64,000 nucleotides of DNA, from NCBI GenBank assembly GCA_965279035.1, contig OZ257142.1, positions 800,001-864,000 of the forward strand. Direction: 5' to 3'. Below, one piece after another: positions 1 through 10,450 of this stretch. The notes below the pieces were generated by a model. It made no database searches and was not told the origin of the DNA. It worked only from the letters and a program-made list of their open reading frames with translations. A program made the translations under genes and the position numbers. The DNA comes from Bacteroidia bacterium (GTDB lineage: Bacteria > Bacteroidota > Bacteroidia > M30B66). Numbering within the stretch: the stretch's first letter is position 1; each line of letters starts with the position of its first letter.

Positions 1-1
1 T

Positions 2-634
2 TATTTATTGTCAAAAGGCTTACTTCTTTCGGTGGATAATTCAGAATTTCAATTATTGAAAATCGTGAGTGATTCGGTGAGAGAAATGAGTGAAGGAGAA
101 TTATTGCAAATTGAAAAAGCGCGTCGATTGGATATTCAAGAGTCGATCTACTTTGATATTATTCGTCAAAAAACAGCTACACTGATCGCATCTTGTTGTG
201 CAAGTGGGGCGGCATCTGCAGGAGCAAATGAAGAGCAAGTGAAATTGATGAAGCAAATAGGTGAAGATGTTGGAATTGCCTTTCAGATAAAAGATGATTT
301 ATTTGATTATGAAAGTAGCAGTGCTATCGGGAAACCTACAGGTATTGACATTAAAGAGCGAAAGATGACGCTTCCCTTAATCTATACCTTGGCAAATTCA
401 ACGAAGGATCAGAAGCGTAAAATCATCAATATCATTAAAAATCACAACACCGATCCAAAGCGAGTTGAAGAAGTCATAGCTTGGGTTCGTGCAGGAGATG
501 GAATTCGGTATGCAGAACAAAAGATGGCTGAGTATAGAGACAAAGCACTTTCTGCATTAGGAGCATTTCCCGAAAGTACTTATCGAACTTCCTTTTCCGA
601 ATTGGTTCGATTTACTACCGATCGGAAGAAGTGA
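2..634 (+). CDS. Polyprenyl (octaprenyl-like) diphosphate synthase, 5' end outside the window
   Basis: Frame is open from base 2; motifs MSEGELLQ, KTATLI, second Asp-rich motif FQIKDDLFD, GKPTGID, KMTLPLI. Confidence 0.92.
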   Translation, partial: YLLSKGLLLSVDNSEFQLLKIVSDSVREMSEGELLQIEKARRLDIQESIYFDIIRQKTATLIASCCASGAASAGANEEQVKLMKQIGEDVGIAFQIKDDLFDYESSSAIGKPTGIDIKERKMTLPLIYTLANSTKDQKRKIINIIKNHNTDPKRVEEVIAWVRAGDGIRYAEQKMAEYRDKALSALGAFPESTYRTSFSELVRFTTDRKK

Positions 635-675
635 CAGTTCAATCGGACGAAGCTGCCGGAAACTGGATTTTGCAT

Positions 676-683
676 TACCTTTG
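676..683 (+). promoter_or_regulatory. Bacteroidota -7 promoter element (TAnnTTTG)
   Basis: TACCTTTG 26 nt upstream of the ATG at 710. Confidence 0.6.
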
Positions 684-709
684 TTTGCCCAATTTGAAAA
701 ACCATACTG

Positions 710-1126
710 ATGTATCCCGAACAAATAGTTACCCCAATGCGTGAAGAGCTTGTATCTGCAGGCTTTCAAGAACTCCGCAATGCTAGTGATGTTGATAATG
801 CTTTGAATTCAAGTGCAGGAACAACATTGGTTGTAGTTAATTCTGTGTGTGGATGTGCTGCTGGATCGGCTCGTCCAGGTGTGAAAATGGCCATTGAAAA
901 AGCAAGTCGCAAACCAGAACATTTAACTACTGTATTTGCTGGAAATGATGCTGAAGCTACGGCACAAGCACGTAAATATTTTGCACCTTATCCACCATCA
1001 TCGCCTGCAATGGCTTTATTTAAAGATGGGAAATTGGTTCACTTTATAGAACGTCATCACATCGAAGGAAGAACTCCTCAAATGATTGCAGAAAACCTGC
1101 TCATGGCTTTTGAGCAATACTGCTAA
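710..1126 (+). CDS. BrxA/BrxB (YphP/YqiW) family bacilliredoxin
   Basis: VNSVCGCAAGSARPG with CGC motif; PPSSPAMALFKDG; ERHHIEGR. Confidence 0.93.
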   Translation: MYPEQIVTPMREELVSAGFQELRNASDVDNALNSSAGTTLVVVNSVCGCAAGSARPGVKMAIEKASRKPEHLTTVFAGNDAEATAQARKYFAPYPPSSPAMALFKDGKLVHFIERHHIEGRTPQMIAENLLMAFEQYC

Positions 1127-1131
1127 GAATT

Positions 1132-1161
1132 AAAAAAGGCGACCTATTGGTCGCCTTTTTT
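1132..1161. terminator. Bidirectional intrinsic terminator
   Basis: AAAAAA-GGCGACC-TATT-GGTCGCC-TTTTTT between convergent brx and gatC. Confidence 0.92.
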
Positions 1162-1166
1162 GTGAT

Positions 1167-1457
1167 TTATTGTTCAATGACTTTCGGAACTCGAAAGAAA
1201 TCGGAATCTTTCTTCGGCGCATTTTTCAATCCATCGTCTTGAGTAATATCCAAGCGCGCAATATCCTTTCTTAAAACATTCGTTTCGTCTACCATGTAAA
1301 TGAGCGGCTCAACACCATCTGTATTGATCTCATTCAATTTTTCTACAAAGGCAAGAATCTTATTGAGGTCGGAAACGATTTCTTCCTTCGCTTCATTTTC
1401 ATAGGAAAGACGCGAAAGATGAGCAAGTTCATCTACTAGTTTAGTATCTACTTTCAT
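1167..1457 (-). CDS. gatC: Asp-tRNA(Asn)/Glu-tRNA(Gln) amidotransferase subunit C
   Basis: 96 aa; LAHLSRL, LNEINTDGVEPL, NAP...FFRVPKVIE. Confidence 0.93.
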   Translation of the reverse strand: MKVDTKLVDELAHLSRLSYENEAKEEIVSDLNKILAFVEKLNEINTDGVEPLIYMVDETNVLRKDIARLDITQDDGLKNAPKKDSDFFRVPKVIEQ

Positions 1458-2224
1458 TCTTTATTAGCAAATAAACGATGAAGCCAAGGCTCCAAAATTT
1501 GAATGAATTCTGTTGGTTTTTCCATCATTGGAGCGTGTCCGCAGTGATCAATCCAAAATAAATCTGATTGTGGTAATAAGCGATGAAATTCATCAGCTAC
1601 TTCGGGTGGTGTAATTTGATCATTCTTTCCCCAGATAAGACAAACAGGCAAATCCATAGAGTGTAAATCATCACCCATATTATGTCGAATTGCCGATTTT
1701 GCAAGGGCAAGAATTCGAATGAGTTTTTCCTTGTTGTTTACAATTTCAAAAACTTCATCTACCAATTCTTTTGTAGCAGTTTCGGGAGAATAGAAAGTAA
1801 ACTCAACTTTTTTACGAATAAATTCATAATCCTCACGACGAGGAAATGAACCACCCATGGCATTTTCATAAAGCCCTGAGCTACCAGTAAGAATCATTGA
1901 ATGTACCAGTTCTGGATGTGTTAGCACATAGACTAAAGCCACATGTCCACCTAGAGAATTGCCAAGGAGATTAATGTCCTTAAAGCCCTTGTATTCAACA
2001 AAACGGTGAATAAAGGCAGCTAAACTTCGGACATGTGTTTCTTGAACAGGCAACTCATAAATCGGCATCATCGGAATAACAACTGTAAAGTCATCCTTAA
2101 ATCGATCGAGTACTTCTCTAAAATTACTGAGAGCTCCGAAAAGACCGTGCAGAATAAGCAACACAGGACCTTTTCCTTGTTCTATATACTTGAATTCACC
2201 TTCGTTTATCAGTTCCTCCTGCAT
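1454..2224 (-). CDS. Alpha/beta-fold hydrolase
   Basis: LHGLFG oxyanion loop, GNSLGG nucleophile elbow, IWGKND, CGHAPMME. Start moved to ATG 2224 because a -7 box lies inside the longer ORF call. Confidence 0.88.
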   Translation of the reverse strand: MQEELINEGEFKYIEQGKGPVLLILHGLFGALSNFREVLDRFKDDFTVVIPMMPIYELPVQETHVRSLAAFIHRFVEYKGFKDINLLGNSLGGHVALVYVLTHPELVHSMILTGSSGLYENAMGGSFPRREDYEFIRKKVEFTFYSPETATKELVDEVFEIVNNKEKLIRILALAKSAIRHNMGDDLHSMDLPVCLIWGKNDQITPPEVADEFHRLLPQSDLFWIDHCGHAPMMEKPTEFIQILEPWLHRLFANKE

Positions 2225-2246
2225 TCGTTTTTCTTTAGAAACCGAC

Positions 2247-2254
2247 CAAAAGTA
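2247..2254 (-). promoter_or_regulatory. Bacteroidota -7 promoter element for hydrolase-gatC
   Basis: Minus-strand TACTTTTG about 22 nt upstream of ATG 2224. Confidence 0.55.
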
Positions 2255-2355
2255 ACCATTTTCCGGGAAGTATATCTTCTTGATACAAAATGGAGTGATT
2301 TCCATTCAGATTCGATTAAATGTCAGAGGATTCGAAATAAGTAATATTTTTACCT

Positions 2356-2462
2356 CCACAATTTACCACCTAGTTAAACCGTTTATTAATAAGGGTTTGA
2401 AAATTTGAAAAATTCAAAATGAAACAAGTTTTCAACAAAGTGGTAAGATGTGGTAACTATGG
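2356..2462. promoter_or_regulatory. Putative MraZ binding repeats
   Basis: GTGGTAA at 2440 and 2450 (10-bp period) plus a degenerate ATGG at 2459; inverted CCAC pair at 2356 and 2366 (TTACCAC 2363-2369). Confidence 0.7.
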
Positions 2463-2504
2463 TTTTTTATTCTATACTTTTACCTCCCAAATCAACCCTG
2501 TGGT

Positions 2505-2978
2505 ATGACGAATTACATTGGGGAATATGCATGTAAAGTAGATTCAAAGGGGCGGGTTATGATGCCTGCCGGCCTGATGAAGCAGTTTCCAGCTGCTTTG
2601 AGGGAGCGCTTTGTAATCAACAGAAGTGTGTTTCGTCGATGTCTTGTTATTTACCCGATGGATCTTTGGGAGGAAACCATGTCTGACTTATCGAAGCTAA
2701 ATCGCTTTAATAAGGACAATGATGATTTCATCCGGCTGTTTACAAATGGAGCAGTGAGTGTGGAAGTGGATGCGACGAATCGTATTCTGGTTCCTAAACG
2801 ATTAGCAGAATTTGCTGGTATCGGCTCTGACTTGGTTTTTACAGCGAATCTGAACAAGATTGAGATTTGGTCGGCATCAGGGTACGATAACGTGATGGGT
2901 TCATATGACCCCGATAGTTTCGCACAGTTGGCCGAAAAAGTAATGGGCAAGCTAGGCGGTGATGCGGAGAAAGTATGA
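2505..2978 (+). CDS. mraZ: Division/cell wall cluster transcriptional repressor MraZ
   Basis: Two DxxxR motifs (DSKGR, DATNR), KIEIW; first gene of dcw cluster. Confidence 0.95.
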   Translation: MTNYIGEYACKVDSKGRVMMPAGLMKQFPAALRERFVINRSVFRRCLVIYPMDLWEETMSDLSKLNRFNKDNDDFIRLFTNGAVSVEVDATNRILVPKRLAEFAGIGSDLVFTANLNKIEIWSASGYDNVMGSYDPDSFAQLAEKVMGKLGGDAEKV

Positions 2979-3889
2979 GTTATCACGACCCCGTTCTTTT
3001 ACACGCTTGTGTAGACGGTCTTCGGATTCAAGCTTCCGGTACTTATGTTGACGTAACTTTTGGTGGCGGAGGACATAGTCGGGAAATCCTGAAACACCTC
3101 GGACCTGAAGGAAGGCTTTTCGCTTTTGATCAAGACAATGATGCTTCAGCTAATGTGCCCGATGATGATCGGTTTACGCTGATACCACACAATTTCAAAT
3201 ACCTAAAAAACTATTTGAAGTTGTATAAGGCAATTCCCGTTGATGGCATTTTAGCCGATTTGGGAGTGTCTTCGCATCAGTTTGATGAAGCGGGTAGAGG
3301 CTTTTCCATCCGTTTCGATGCTCCATTGGATATGCGAATGAATTCTCTTCAAGGATTGAATGCCCAAAAGCTACTCGAGACCTATTCTGAAGAAGAACTC
3401 AGACGCATCTTTCGAGAATTCGGAGAGCTTTCAGAAGCAGGAAAACTTGCCCGACATCTCGTCAATGTTCGAAGCGACAGACCGATAAAGACTACACAAC
3501 AACTCATGGATCTGATTCGGCCTTTTATGCGCCGAGGTCAGGAGCATACGTTCGCAGCTCAAGTTTTTCAATCGATACGGATTGAAGTGAATGATGAGCT
3601 AGAAAGCTTACGCCACTTGTTAAAACAATCGGCCGAAGTGCTTAAGCCAGGAGCAAGGCTTGTCGTGATGAGTTATCATTCACTGGAAGATAGGCTAGTA
3701 AAGAATTTCATTCGGAGCGGGAAGTTTGAAGGTGAAGCAGACAAGGATCTTTTTGGACATACCAAAGTTCCATTCAATGCCATCACCCGAAAGCCAATTA
3801 GACCGGATGAGAAAGAATTAGAGAAAAATAACAGATCACGAAGTGCCATTTTACGCATAGCAGAAAGAAACGAGAATGAATCAATTTAG
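2975..3889 (+). CDS. rsmH: 16S rRNA m4C1402 methyltransferase
   Basis: HDPVLL, DVTFGGGGHS, DLGVSSHQFD, LDMRM, SYHSLEDRLVK, RSRSA. Confidence 0.97.
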   Translation: MSYHDPVLLHACVDGLRIQASGTYVDVTFGGGGHSREILKHLGPEGRLFAFDQDNDASANVPDDDRFTLIPHNFKYLKNYLKLYKAIPVDGILADLGVSSHQFDEAGRGFSIRFDAPLDMRMNSLQGLNAQKLLETYSEEELRRIFREFGELSEAGKLARHLVNVRSDRPIKTTQQLMDLIRPFMRRGQEHTFAAQVFQSIRIEVNDELESLRHLLKQSAEVLKPGARLVVMSYHSLEDRLVKNFIRSGKFEGEADKDLFGHTKVPFNAITRKPIRPDEKELEKNNRSRSAILRIAERNENESI

Positions 3890-4280
3890 AAAACCAAGTG
3901 AAGAAAGTACGAAGGAAGCCAAAGCACCGCGAAAGCAGAGTGCCATTGCTTCAATGCTTTTTTCTGTTTTCGATGGAAGTTTTCTAAATGCTGCTGGGAA
4001 AAAAAGCAATCTCCCATTTGCTGTTTTTGTCACCCTTGTAGTTTGCTTTTATATCGCTAATACATACAATTCGCAGCGTACGATTCGTGAAACTGATAAA
4101 ATCAACAATCAACTCAAGGAATTCCGCGACGAATACATCAGCCTTAAATCGGAACTCATGTTTCGATCAAACCAAAGTCAAGTAGCTATTAAAGCTGCTC
4201 CACTTGGATTAAAAGAAGCAAACGAACCCCCTCATAAACTTTTTATCACCAACCCAGACTCTTCAAATACTAACGACTAA
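3876..4280 (+). CDS. ftsL: FtsL-like cell division protein
   Basis: Single TM segment followed by coiled coil; lies between rsmH and ftsI. Confidence 0.8.
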   Translation: MNQFRKPSEESTKEAKAPRKQSAIASMLFSVFDGSFLNAAGKKSNLPFAVFVTLVVCFYIANTYNSQRTIRETDKINNQLKEFRDEYISLKSELMFRSNQSQVAIKAAPLGLKEANEPPHKLFITNPDSSNTND

Positions 4281-6380
4281 GTGGATACGCCAAAAGATAT
4301 ACTCTGGCGCCTGCGGCTGATATACATCGTCGTTGTGCTGTTTAGCTTGCTCATTCTAGGGCGAGCTTTCAGCATTGGTGTAGTGAATCGGGAATATTGG
4401 CTAGCTAAAAAAGAACATCAAACCATTCGACTTAATACCATTGAAGCAATACGGGGGAATTTATATTCAACCGACGGAAGCCTTTTAGCTACTTCAGTTC
4501 CTATATACAATGTATATATGGATTTGAAAGCCGAATACTTGGATAAGATTTTCGACAAAGGAGTTGATTCTCTTTCTATGATGATGGCTCAAACCTTCAA
4601 AGATAAATCGAAGGAAGAGTATAAAAGGGAACTTCGTTCTGAACGTAGGAAAAAGAATCGTTACTATTTACTCCGTCGCGATGTTCGGCATGCTGAACTA
4701 AAAACGATGCGTCGTTTCCCCATTTTACGCTATGGTCGTTACCGTGGAGGAATGTTGGTAGAAGCACGGCCCAAACGGGAAATGCCTTTTCGGAATTTAG
4801 CTTTTCGGACTTTGGGGAGATATCAAGAAGGGATAAATTCCATTGGTATTGAAGGTGCTTTCAACGAATACTTGAAAGGAATTCGAGGGAAGCGTTTAGA
4901 ACAAAAAATTTCAGGTGGAACTTGGATTCCTTTGAATGATGGTGCTGAAGTAGATCCTAAAGAAGGCAATGATATTGTCACAACCATCGACATAGGGATT
5001 CAAGATGTTGCAGAAGCCGAGTTGATGCGTCAATTAAAATCACACAATGCAGAAAATGGCTGTGTTGTATTGATGGAGGTTGAAACGGGATACGTACGAG
5101 CTATTGCCAATTTAGGAAGGACAGGAGATTCAACATATTCCGAAAATTACAATTATGCTATTGGAGGTGGTTCTGAACCCGGCTCTACATTTAAGTTAGC
5201 GTCTTTGATGGCTTTGTTTGAAGATGGTTTAGCTAAACCTTCCGACATTTTCAATACACATGGTGGGAAAGTAACATTCCGAAATCGAACCATGACCGAT
5301 TCTCATGAAGGTGGTTTTGGAGAGATTTCTCTTGCTACTGCATTTGAGCATTCATCCAATACGGCCATATCTCAAGCTGTTTATCGGGCATATCATGCTA
5401 ATCCAAAGAAATTCACCGACAGGATTAAAAAATTTCACCTCAATGAAGCTCTTGGATTGCAAATAGCTGGTGAATCTGAACCGATTATCTTAGATCCAAC
5501 CAGTAAAACTTGGTCTGGAACTTCATTGCCATGGATGTCGATTGGTTACGAATCGCGTCTTGCTCCCATTCAAATTCTAGCATTTTATAATGCAGTTGCG
5601 AACAATGGGAAATTAATGAAACCGCAGTTTGTAGAAGAAATTCAAAGTCGTGGTCAAGCTGTTCGTCGATTCGATCCGGTTGTTATTGATCCAGCAATTT
5701 GTTCACCCGCAACAATTTCAAAATTGAAACCCTTACTTGAAGGTGTAGTTGAAAGAGGTACAGCAACGAATCTAAAAAATCCATATTATAAAATAGCTGG
5801 TAAAACAGGTACAGCTCAAATTGCAACTGGTAAAGATGGATATGGTGAAAAAGGAGCTAAAAAATACCAAGCTTCCTTTGTAGGGTATTTCCCTGCAGAT
5901 AATCCCAAATATTCATGCATTGTCGTTGTTAATACAAAAAATAATTCCGTTTACTACGCTAGTCTTGTCGCTGGTCCTGTTTTCAAAGAAGTAGCTGATA
6001 AAGTTTACGCTCAAAATATTGACATTCAGGAGCAACATCCTTCATTACTCAATTCCAGTTTAGGCGATAAGATGATTTCCGGTTACGGAAAAGACATTGC
6101 TCTTTTGATGAAACGGATGGGCTTGCAAGGAGAAATCCCTGAAGATGAAGATTGGGTGCACATCGATATTGATGGTGTTAAGGCCCATTCTGAAAGAATG
6201 AAAATGGTGCGCAATCAAGTTCCCGATGTTCGCGGAATGGGGTTGAAAGATGCCATGTACTTACTCGAAAATCAAGGCTTACGTGTCCGTTTTATTGGAA
6301 GAGGTATGGTGAAATCTCAATCAATTCCTGCCGGATTACCAGCTCAAAAAAACATGGAAGTTGTTCTCGAACTCGCATAA
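4281..6380 (+). CDS. ftsI: Division transpeptidase PBP3 with C-terminal PASTA domain (GTG start)
   Basis: RGNLY, EPGSTFK (SxxK), SSN, KTGT; VPDVRGM PASTA motif. Confidence 0.94.
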   Translation: MDTPKDILWRLRLIYIVVVLFSLLILGRAFSIGVVNREYWLAKKEHQTIRLNTIEAIRGNLYSTDGSLLATSVPIYNVYMDLKAEYLDKIFDKGVDSLSMMMAQTFKDKSKEEYKRELRSERRKKNRYYLLRRDVRHAELKTMRRFPILRYGRYRGGMLVEARPKREMPFRNLAFRTLGRYQEGINSIGIEGAFNEYLKGIRGKRLEQKISGGTWIPLNDGAEVDPKEGNDIVTTIDIGIQDVAEAELMRQLKSHNAENGCVVLMEVETGYVRAIANLGRTGDSTYSENYNYAIGGGSEPGSTFKLASLMALFEDGLAKPSDIFNTHGGKVTFRNRTMTDSHEGGFGEISLATAFEHSSNTAISQAVYRAYHANPKKFTDRIKKFHLNEALGLQIAGESEPIILDPTSKTWSGTSLPWMSIGYESRLAPIQILAFYNAVANNGKLMKPQFVEEIQSRGQAVRRFDPVVIDPAICSPATISKLKPLLEGVVERGTATNLKNPYYKIAGKTGTAQIATGKDGYGEKGAKKYQASFVGYFPADNPKYSCIVVVNTKNNSVYYASLVAGPVFKEVADKVYAQNIDIQEQHPSLLNSSLGDKMISGYGKDIALLMKRMGLQGEIPEDEDWVHIDIDGVKAHSERMKMVRNQVPDVRGMGLKDAMYLLENQGLRVRFIGRGMVKSQSIPAGLPAQKNMEVVLELA

Positions 6381-6381
6381 C

Positions 6382-7845
6382 ATGAGGCTACTTAGAGACA
6401 TATTATATAAAGCAGGCGCTGTTGAACTTCAAGGCTCAACCAATCTTGCTATATTATCTATTACTGCCGATTCGAGGAAAGTAGAAAAAAATGGACTTTT
6501 TGTTGCCGTTCGTGGAATCCAATCGGACGGTCATCAATTTATAAAAGCGGCCGAAGAACTAGGTGCAATTGCTATTGTATGCGAAGAAATGCCTTCGGTA
6601 TGCAAAGAGAAAGTAAGCTATATCGTAGTGAAAGACAGTGCCCTTGCACTTGGGACGATTGCTTCCAATTTTTACGATAATCCATCTTCAAGAATCAAGA
6701 TTGTTGGTGTAACTGGAACAAATGGTAAAACAACCATCGCCACCTTACTCTTTGAGCTTTTTAAAACACTTGGTCATTCTTGCGGATTATTATCCACTGT
6801 AAAGAATCAGATTGGAGATGAAATTCTTCCATCAACTCACACAACGCCCGATCCTGTTCAATTGCAGTTTTTACTCGATAGAATGGTGAAAGCCGGTTGC
6901 CATTACGCTTTTATGGAAGTGAGCTCACATGCAGTGGATCAGCACCGAATTCAGGGGATTGATTTCGTAGGTGGTGTATTTACGAATCTAACCCACGATC
7001 ATCTCGACTATCATAAAACCTTCGAAAATTATTTAGCTGCGAAACAGCGCTTCTTTTCCCAATTACCTAGCGACTCGTTTGCGTTAGTAAACCGAGATGA
7101 TGAGAGTTCGAGCGAAATGGTTGCGTTTACCAAAGCTCACCTGAATACCTATGGTTTAAGTCAGAGCGCCGATTTTACCTGTCGGATTCTTGAAAAGGAA
7201 TTTGGTGGGATGATGCTACGTATTGATGAGCAAGACGTATGGACTCATCTCATTGGAGTTTTCAATGCGTATAATCTATTAGCAGTGTATGCTGTTGCTG
7301 TTTTATTGGGGCAAGATAAAGTGAACACACTAACTGCTCTTAGCACTTTACGCAGTGTTGAAGGCCGTTTCCAATACCTACAATCGACTGATAAAATTAC
7401 CGGCATTGTTGATTATGCTCATACACCAGATGCATTGGAGAATGTTTTAAAAACGGTGAATGAGCTGCGAACAGGAAATGAGCAAATCATCACCTTGGTT
7501 GGTTGTGGCGGAGATCGTGATTCGACAAAACGACCAGAAATGGCACGTATCGCATGCGAAATGAGTGATAAGGTAATTCTTACTTCCGACAATCCACGTT
7601 CAGAAGATCCCGAAGAAATTATTCGCCAAATGAAAGCCGGAGTGGATGCGGTGAATTACAAAAAAGTACTAACCATAACCGATCGGCGCGAAGCAATTCG
7701 GACTGCTTGTGCTCTTGGAAAAGCTGGAGATATCATTCTCATTGCTGGGAAAGGCCATGAAAAATACCAAGAAATCAAGGGAGTAAAACATCCTTTCGAT
7801 GATATGAAAGAACTAAAAGAAACATTTAATCTACAGGGAAGCTGA
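6382..7845 (+). CDS. murE: UDP-MurNAc-L-Ala-D-Glu--2,6-diaminopimelate ligase
   Basis: [29 protein letters not shown] (DAP specificity), GKGHE; ATG at 6382. Confidence 0.97.
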   Translation: MRLLRDILYKAGAVELQGSTNLAILSITADSRKVEKNGLFVAVRGIQSDGHQFIKAAEELGAIAIVCEEMPSVCKEKVSYIVVKDSALALGTIASNFYDNPSSRIKIVGVTGTNGKTTIATLLFELFKTLGHSCGLLSTVKNQIGDEILPSTHTTPDPVQLQFLLDRMVKAGCHYAFMEVSSHAVDQHRIQGIDFVGGVFTNLTHDHLDYHKTFENYLAAKQRFFSQLPSDSFALVNRDDESSSEMVAFTKAHLNTYGLSQSADFTCRILEKEFGGMMLRIDEQDVWTHLIGVFNAYNLLAVYAVAVLLGQDKVNTLTALSTLRSVEGRFQYLQSTDKITGIVDYAHTPDALENVLKTVNELRTGNEQIITLVGCGGDRDSTKRPEMARIACEMSDKVILTSDNPRSEDPEEIIRQMKAGVDAVNYKKVLTITDRREAIRTACALGKAGDIILIAGKGHEKYQEIKGVKHPFDDMKELKETFNLQGS

Positions 7846-9086
7846 TGCTATACTATCTCTTCGATTATCTCGATAAACACACAGACTTGCCTGGAGTTGG
7901 ATTATTCCATTTCATCTCCTTTCGGGCTGCAATGGCACTCATTCTTTCCTTGGTTATATCCATGGTTTTTGGAAAGAAAATCATCCAGTATTTGCAGTTG
8001 AAGCAAGTGGGTGAAATCATTCGTGATCTCGGTCTTCAAGGACAAATGAATAAACAGGGAACACCAACAATGGGTGGACTCATTATACTTTCCTGTATTC
8101 TCATTCCTACGCTCTTATTTGCAAAACTTCATAATATATACATAATCACCTTAATCGTTTCTACCGTTGGCTTGGGATTGATAGGCTTTTTGGATGATTA
8201 TATCAAGGTTTTCAAAAAGAATAAAGAAGGACTCGCCGGGCGATTCAAGATTGTTGGTCAAGTAGGTGTTGGATTATTGGTTGGAGCCTTGCTTTATTTC
8301 CATCCGGATGTAACAATTCGTCGACAAATTGTTGGATCAACTCCCGTGGTTCAAACTGTTGATGAATCTGTTATAGCGGCACACAATCAGAATTATGTGG
8401 ATGCCAAAGCTCCGATTACTACTATTCCTTTTGTAAAGAATCACGAATTCAATTATTCTAAACTGCTTGCATTCTTAGGTGATAACTATGAAAAATGGGC
8501 TTGGTTGATTTTCATTCCAGTAGTCATTTTTATCATCACAGCCGTTTCTAACGGAGCAAACATGACCGATGGTTTGGACGGCTTAGCTGCTGGAACCACT
8601 GGTATTATTGGCTTTGTATTGGCACTTTTTGCCTATGTATCGGGTAACCTCATTTTTGCCGATTACTTAAACATCATGTATATCCCCGACTCGGGCGAAA
8701 TAGTGATTTACATGAGTGCTTTTGTTGGTGCTTGTGTTGGATTTCTTTGGTACAACAGTTATCCGGCTCAAATCTTTATGGGCGACACAGGCAGTTTGGC
8801 TTTAGGTGGAATTGTAGCTGTTGTAGCCATCATGCTTCGAAAGGAATTGCTCATCCCTATTCTATGTGGAATCTACTTGGTAGAAAACCTAAGTGTTCTC
8901 ATGCAAGTGAGCTATTTCAAGTACACGAAGAAACGTTATGGAGAGGGTAGACGGATTTTTCGCATGGCTCCATTGCATCACCATTTTCAAAAAATGGGTT
9001 TTCATGAATCTAAAATCGTTGCGCGTTTCTGGATTGTTGGAATCGCGCTGGCTGTACTCACTATCGTAACCTTAAAACTCCGCTAA
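7845..9086 (+). CDS. mraY: Phospho-N-acetylmuramoyl-pentapeptide transferase
   Basis: [38 protein letters not shown]. Confidence 0.97.
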   Translation: MLYYLFDYLDKHTDLPGVGLFHFISFRAAMALILSLVISMVFGKKIIQYLQLKQVGEIIRDLGLQGQMNKQGTPTMGGLIILSCILIPTLLFAKLHNIYIITLIVSTVGLGLIGFLDDYIKVFKKNKEGLAGRFKIVGQVGVGLLVGALLYFHPDVTIRRQIVGSTPVVQTVDESVIAAHNQNYVDAKAPITTIPFVKNHEFNYSKLLAFLGDNYEKWAWLIFIPVVIFIITAVSNGANMTDGLDGLAAGTTGIIGFVLALFAYVSGNLIFADYLNIMYIPDSGEIVIYMSAFVGACVGFLWYNSYPAQIFMGDTGSLALGGIVAVVAIMLRKELLIPILCGIYLVENLSVLMQVSYFKYTKKRYGEGRRIFRMAPLHHHFQKMGFHESKIVARFWIVGIALAVLTIVTLKLR

Positions 9087-9088
9087 GC

Positions 9089-10429
9089 TTGGAAACGAAA
9101 CAACATATAACCATCCTTGGTGCCGCCGAAAGTGGCGTCGGAGCAGCCGTATTGGCTAAGCTCAAAGGCTGGAATGTGTTCGTTTCCGATAAAGGAACGA
9201 TTGCTCCTAAGTTTAAAGAAGAACTTGTTAAAGAAGAAATTGCTTTTGAAGAAGGATTTCATTCTGATGAGCGTGTTCTTGGTGCTGAATTAATTATCAA
9301 AAGTCCCGGCATTCCGGATAAAGCACCTATTGTCATTGAGGCCCACAAGCGTGGAATTCCAGTCATTTCGGAAATAGAATTTGCCGCTCGTTATACCGAT
9401 GCCAAATTGATCGCTATAACTGGAACAAACGGTAAAACAACCACCACACTTTTAACCTATCATATTTTCAAAAAAGCCGGTTTAAACGTAGGAGTCGCGG
9501 GCAATGTAGGTCGAAGTTTTGCCCGTCAGGTAGCTGAAACAACACGCGATTTTTACATTCTAGAATTGAGCAGTTTTCAATTGGATGGACTATTTCAATT
9601 CAAAGCAGATGTGGCTGTATTGCTCAATATTACTCCCGATCACCTAGATCGTTACGATTATCAATTGAACAATTACATCTTCTCCAAATTCCGCATTCTA
9701 CAGAATATGGATGAGCAAGGTGTATTTATTTATTGTGCCGACGATCCAATCACCACCGAAGCGCTGGACCAATTTCCAACACCGGCTCAGAAATTCCCTT
9801 TCTCACTTACGATTCCTCAGGAACACGGTGCATTTATCCAAGAAAATCAAGTTCACTTCACTATAAACGATCCACTCATTATGTCCATTTTCGACCTCGC
9901 CCTACAAGGCAAACACAACCAGTATAACTCGATGGCAGCCGGCATTTCTGCTCGAGTGTTTGATATTCGTAAAGACCTCGTTCGTGAGAGTTTGATGGAT
10001 TTTGAAAACATCGAACATCGCCTTGAATTTGTTACCAAGGTGCACGGCATTGAATTCATTAATGATTCAAAAGCTACCAATGTCAATTCAACTTGGTATG
10101 CCCTCGAAAGCATGACCAATCCGATCATCTGGATTGTTGGAGGTGTTGACAAAGGCAACGATTACAACATGCTTACTGATCTCGTTCGTGGACGAGTAAA
10201 AGCCATTGTTTGTATGGGAAAAGACAATGTCAAAATCCATGATGCATTTCATGGAATGGTTGAACATATTGTTGATACTCAAGGAGCGGCTGAAGCAGTG
10301 AAGGCAGCCTATCTATTGGGTAAAAAAGGAGACACCGTGCTTCTTTCGCCTGCATGTGCAAGCTTCGATTTATTTGAAAATTACGAAGACCGCGGTCGTC
10401 AGTTCAAAAAAGCTGTTCGCGAACTATAA
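9089..10429 (+). CDS. murD: UDP-MurNAc-L-Ala--D-glutamate ligase (TTG start)
   Basis: [43 protein letters not shown]. Confidence 0.97.
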   Translation: METKQHITILGAAESGVGAAVLAKLKGWNVFVSDKGTIAPKFKEELVKEEIAFEEGFHSDERVLGAELIIKSPGIPDKAPIVIEAHKRGIPVISEIEFAARYTDAKLIAITGTNGKTTTTLLTYHIFKKAGLNVGVAGNVGRSFARQVAETTRDFYILELSSFQLDGLFQFKADVAVLLNITPDHLDRYDYQLNNYIFSKFRILQNMDEQGVFIYCADDPITTEALDQFPTPAQKFPFSLTIPQEHGAFIQENQVHFTINDPLIMSIFDLALQGKHNQYNSMAAGISARVFDIRKDLVRESLMDFENIEHRLEFVTKVHGIEFINDSKATNVNSTWYALESMTNPIIWIVGGVDKGNDYNMLTDLVRGRVKAIVCMGKDNVKIHDAFHGMVEHIVDTQGAAEAVKAAYLLGKKGDTVLLSPACASFDLFENYEDRGRQFKKAVREL

Positions 10430-10450
10430 TTTATTTCAGCCCAAGAAATC

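Noticed and set aside
710-1126. Bacilliredoxin outside Firmicutes
   Set aside because: Family and bacillithiol-type thiols are already reported in Bacteroidota
2225-2305. N-terminal extensions in the ORF track (also murE, murG, several GTs, citrate synthase, aminotransferase)
   Set aside because: Downstream ATGs fit family N-termini, stop/start overlaps or promoter positions better
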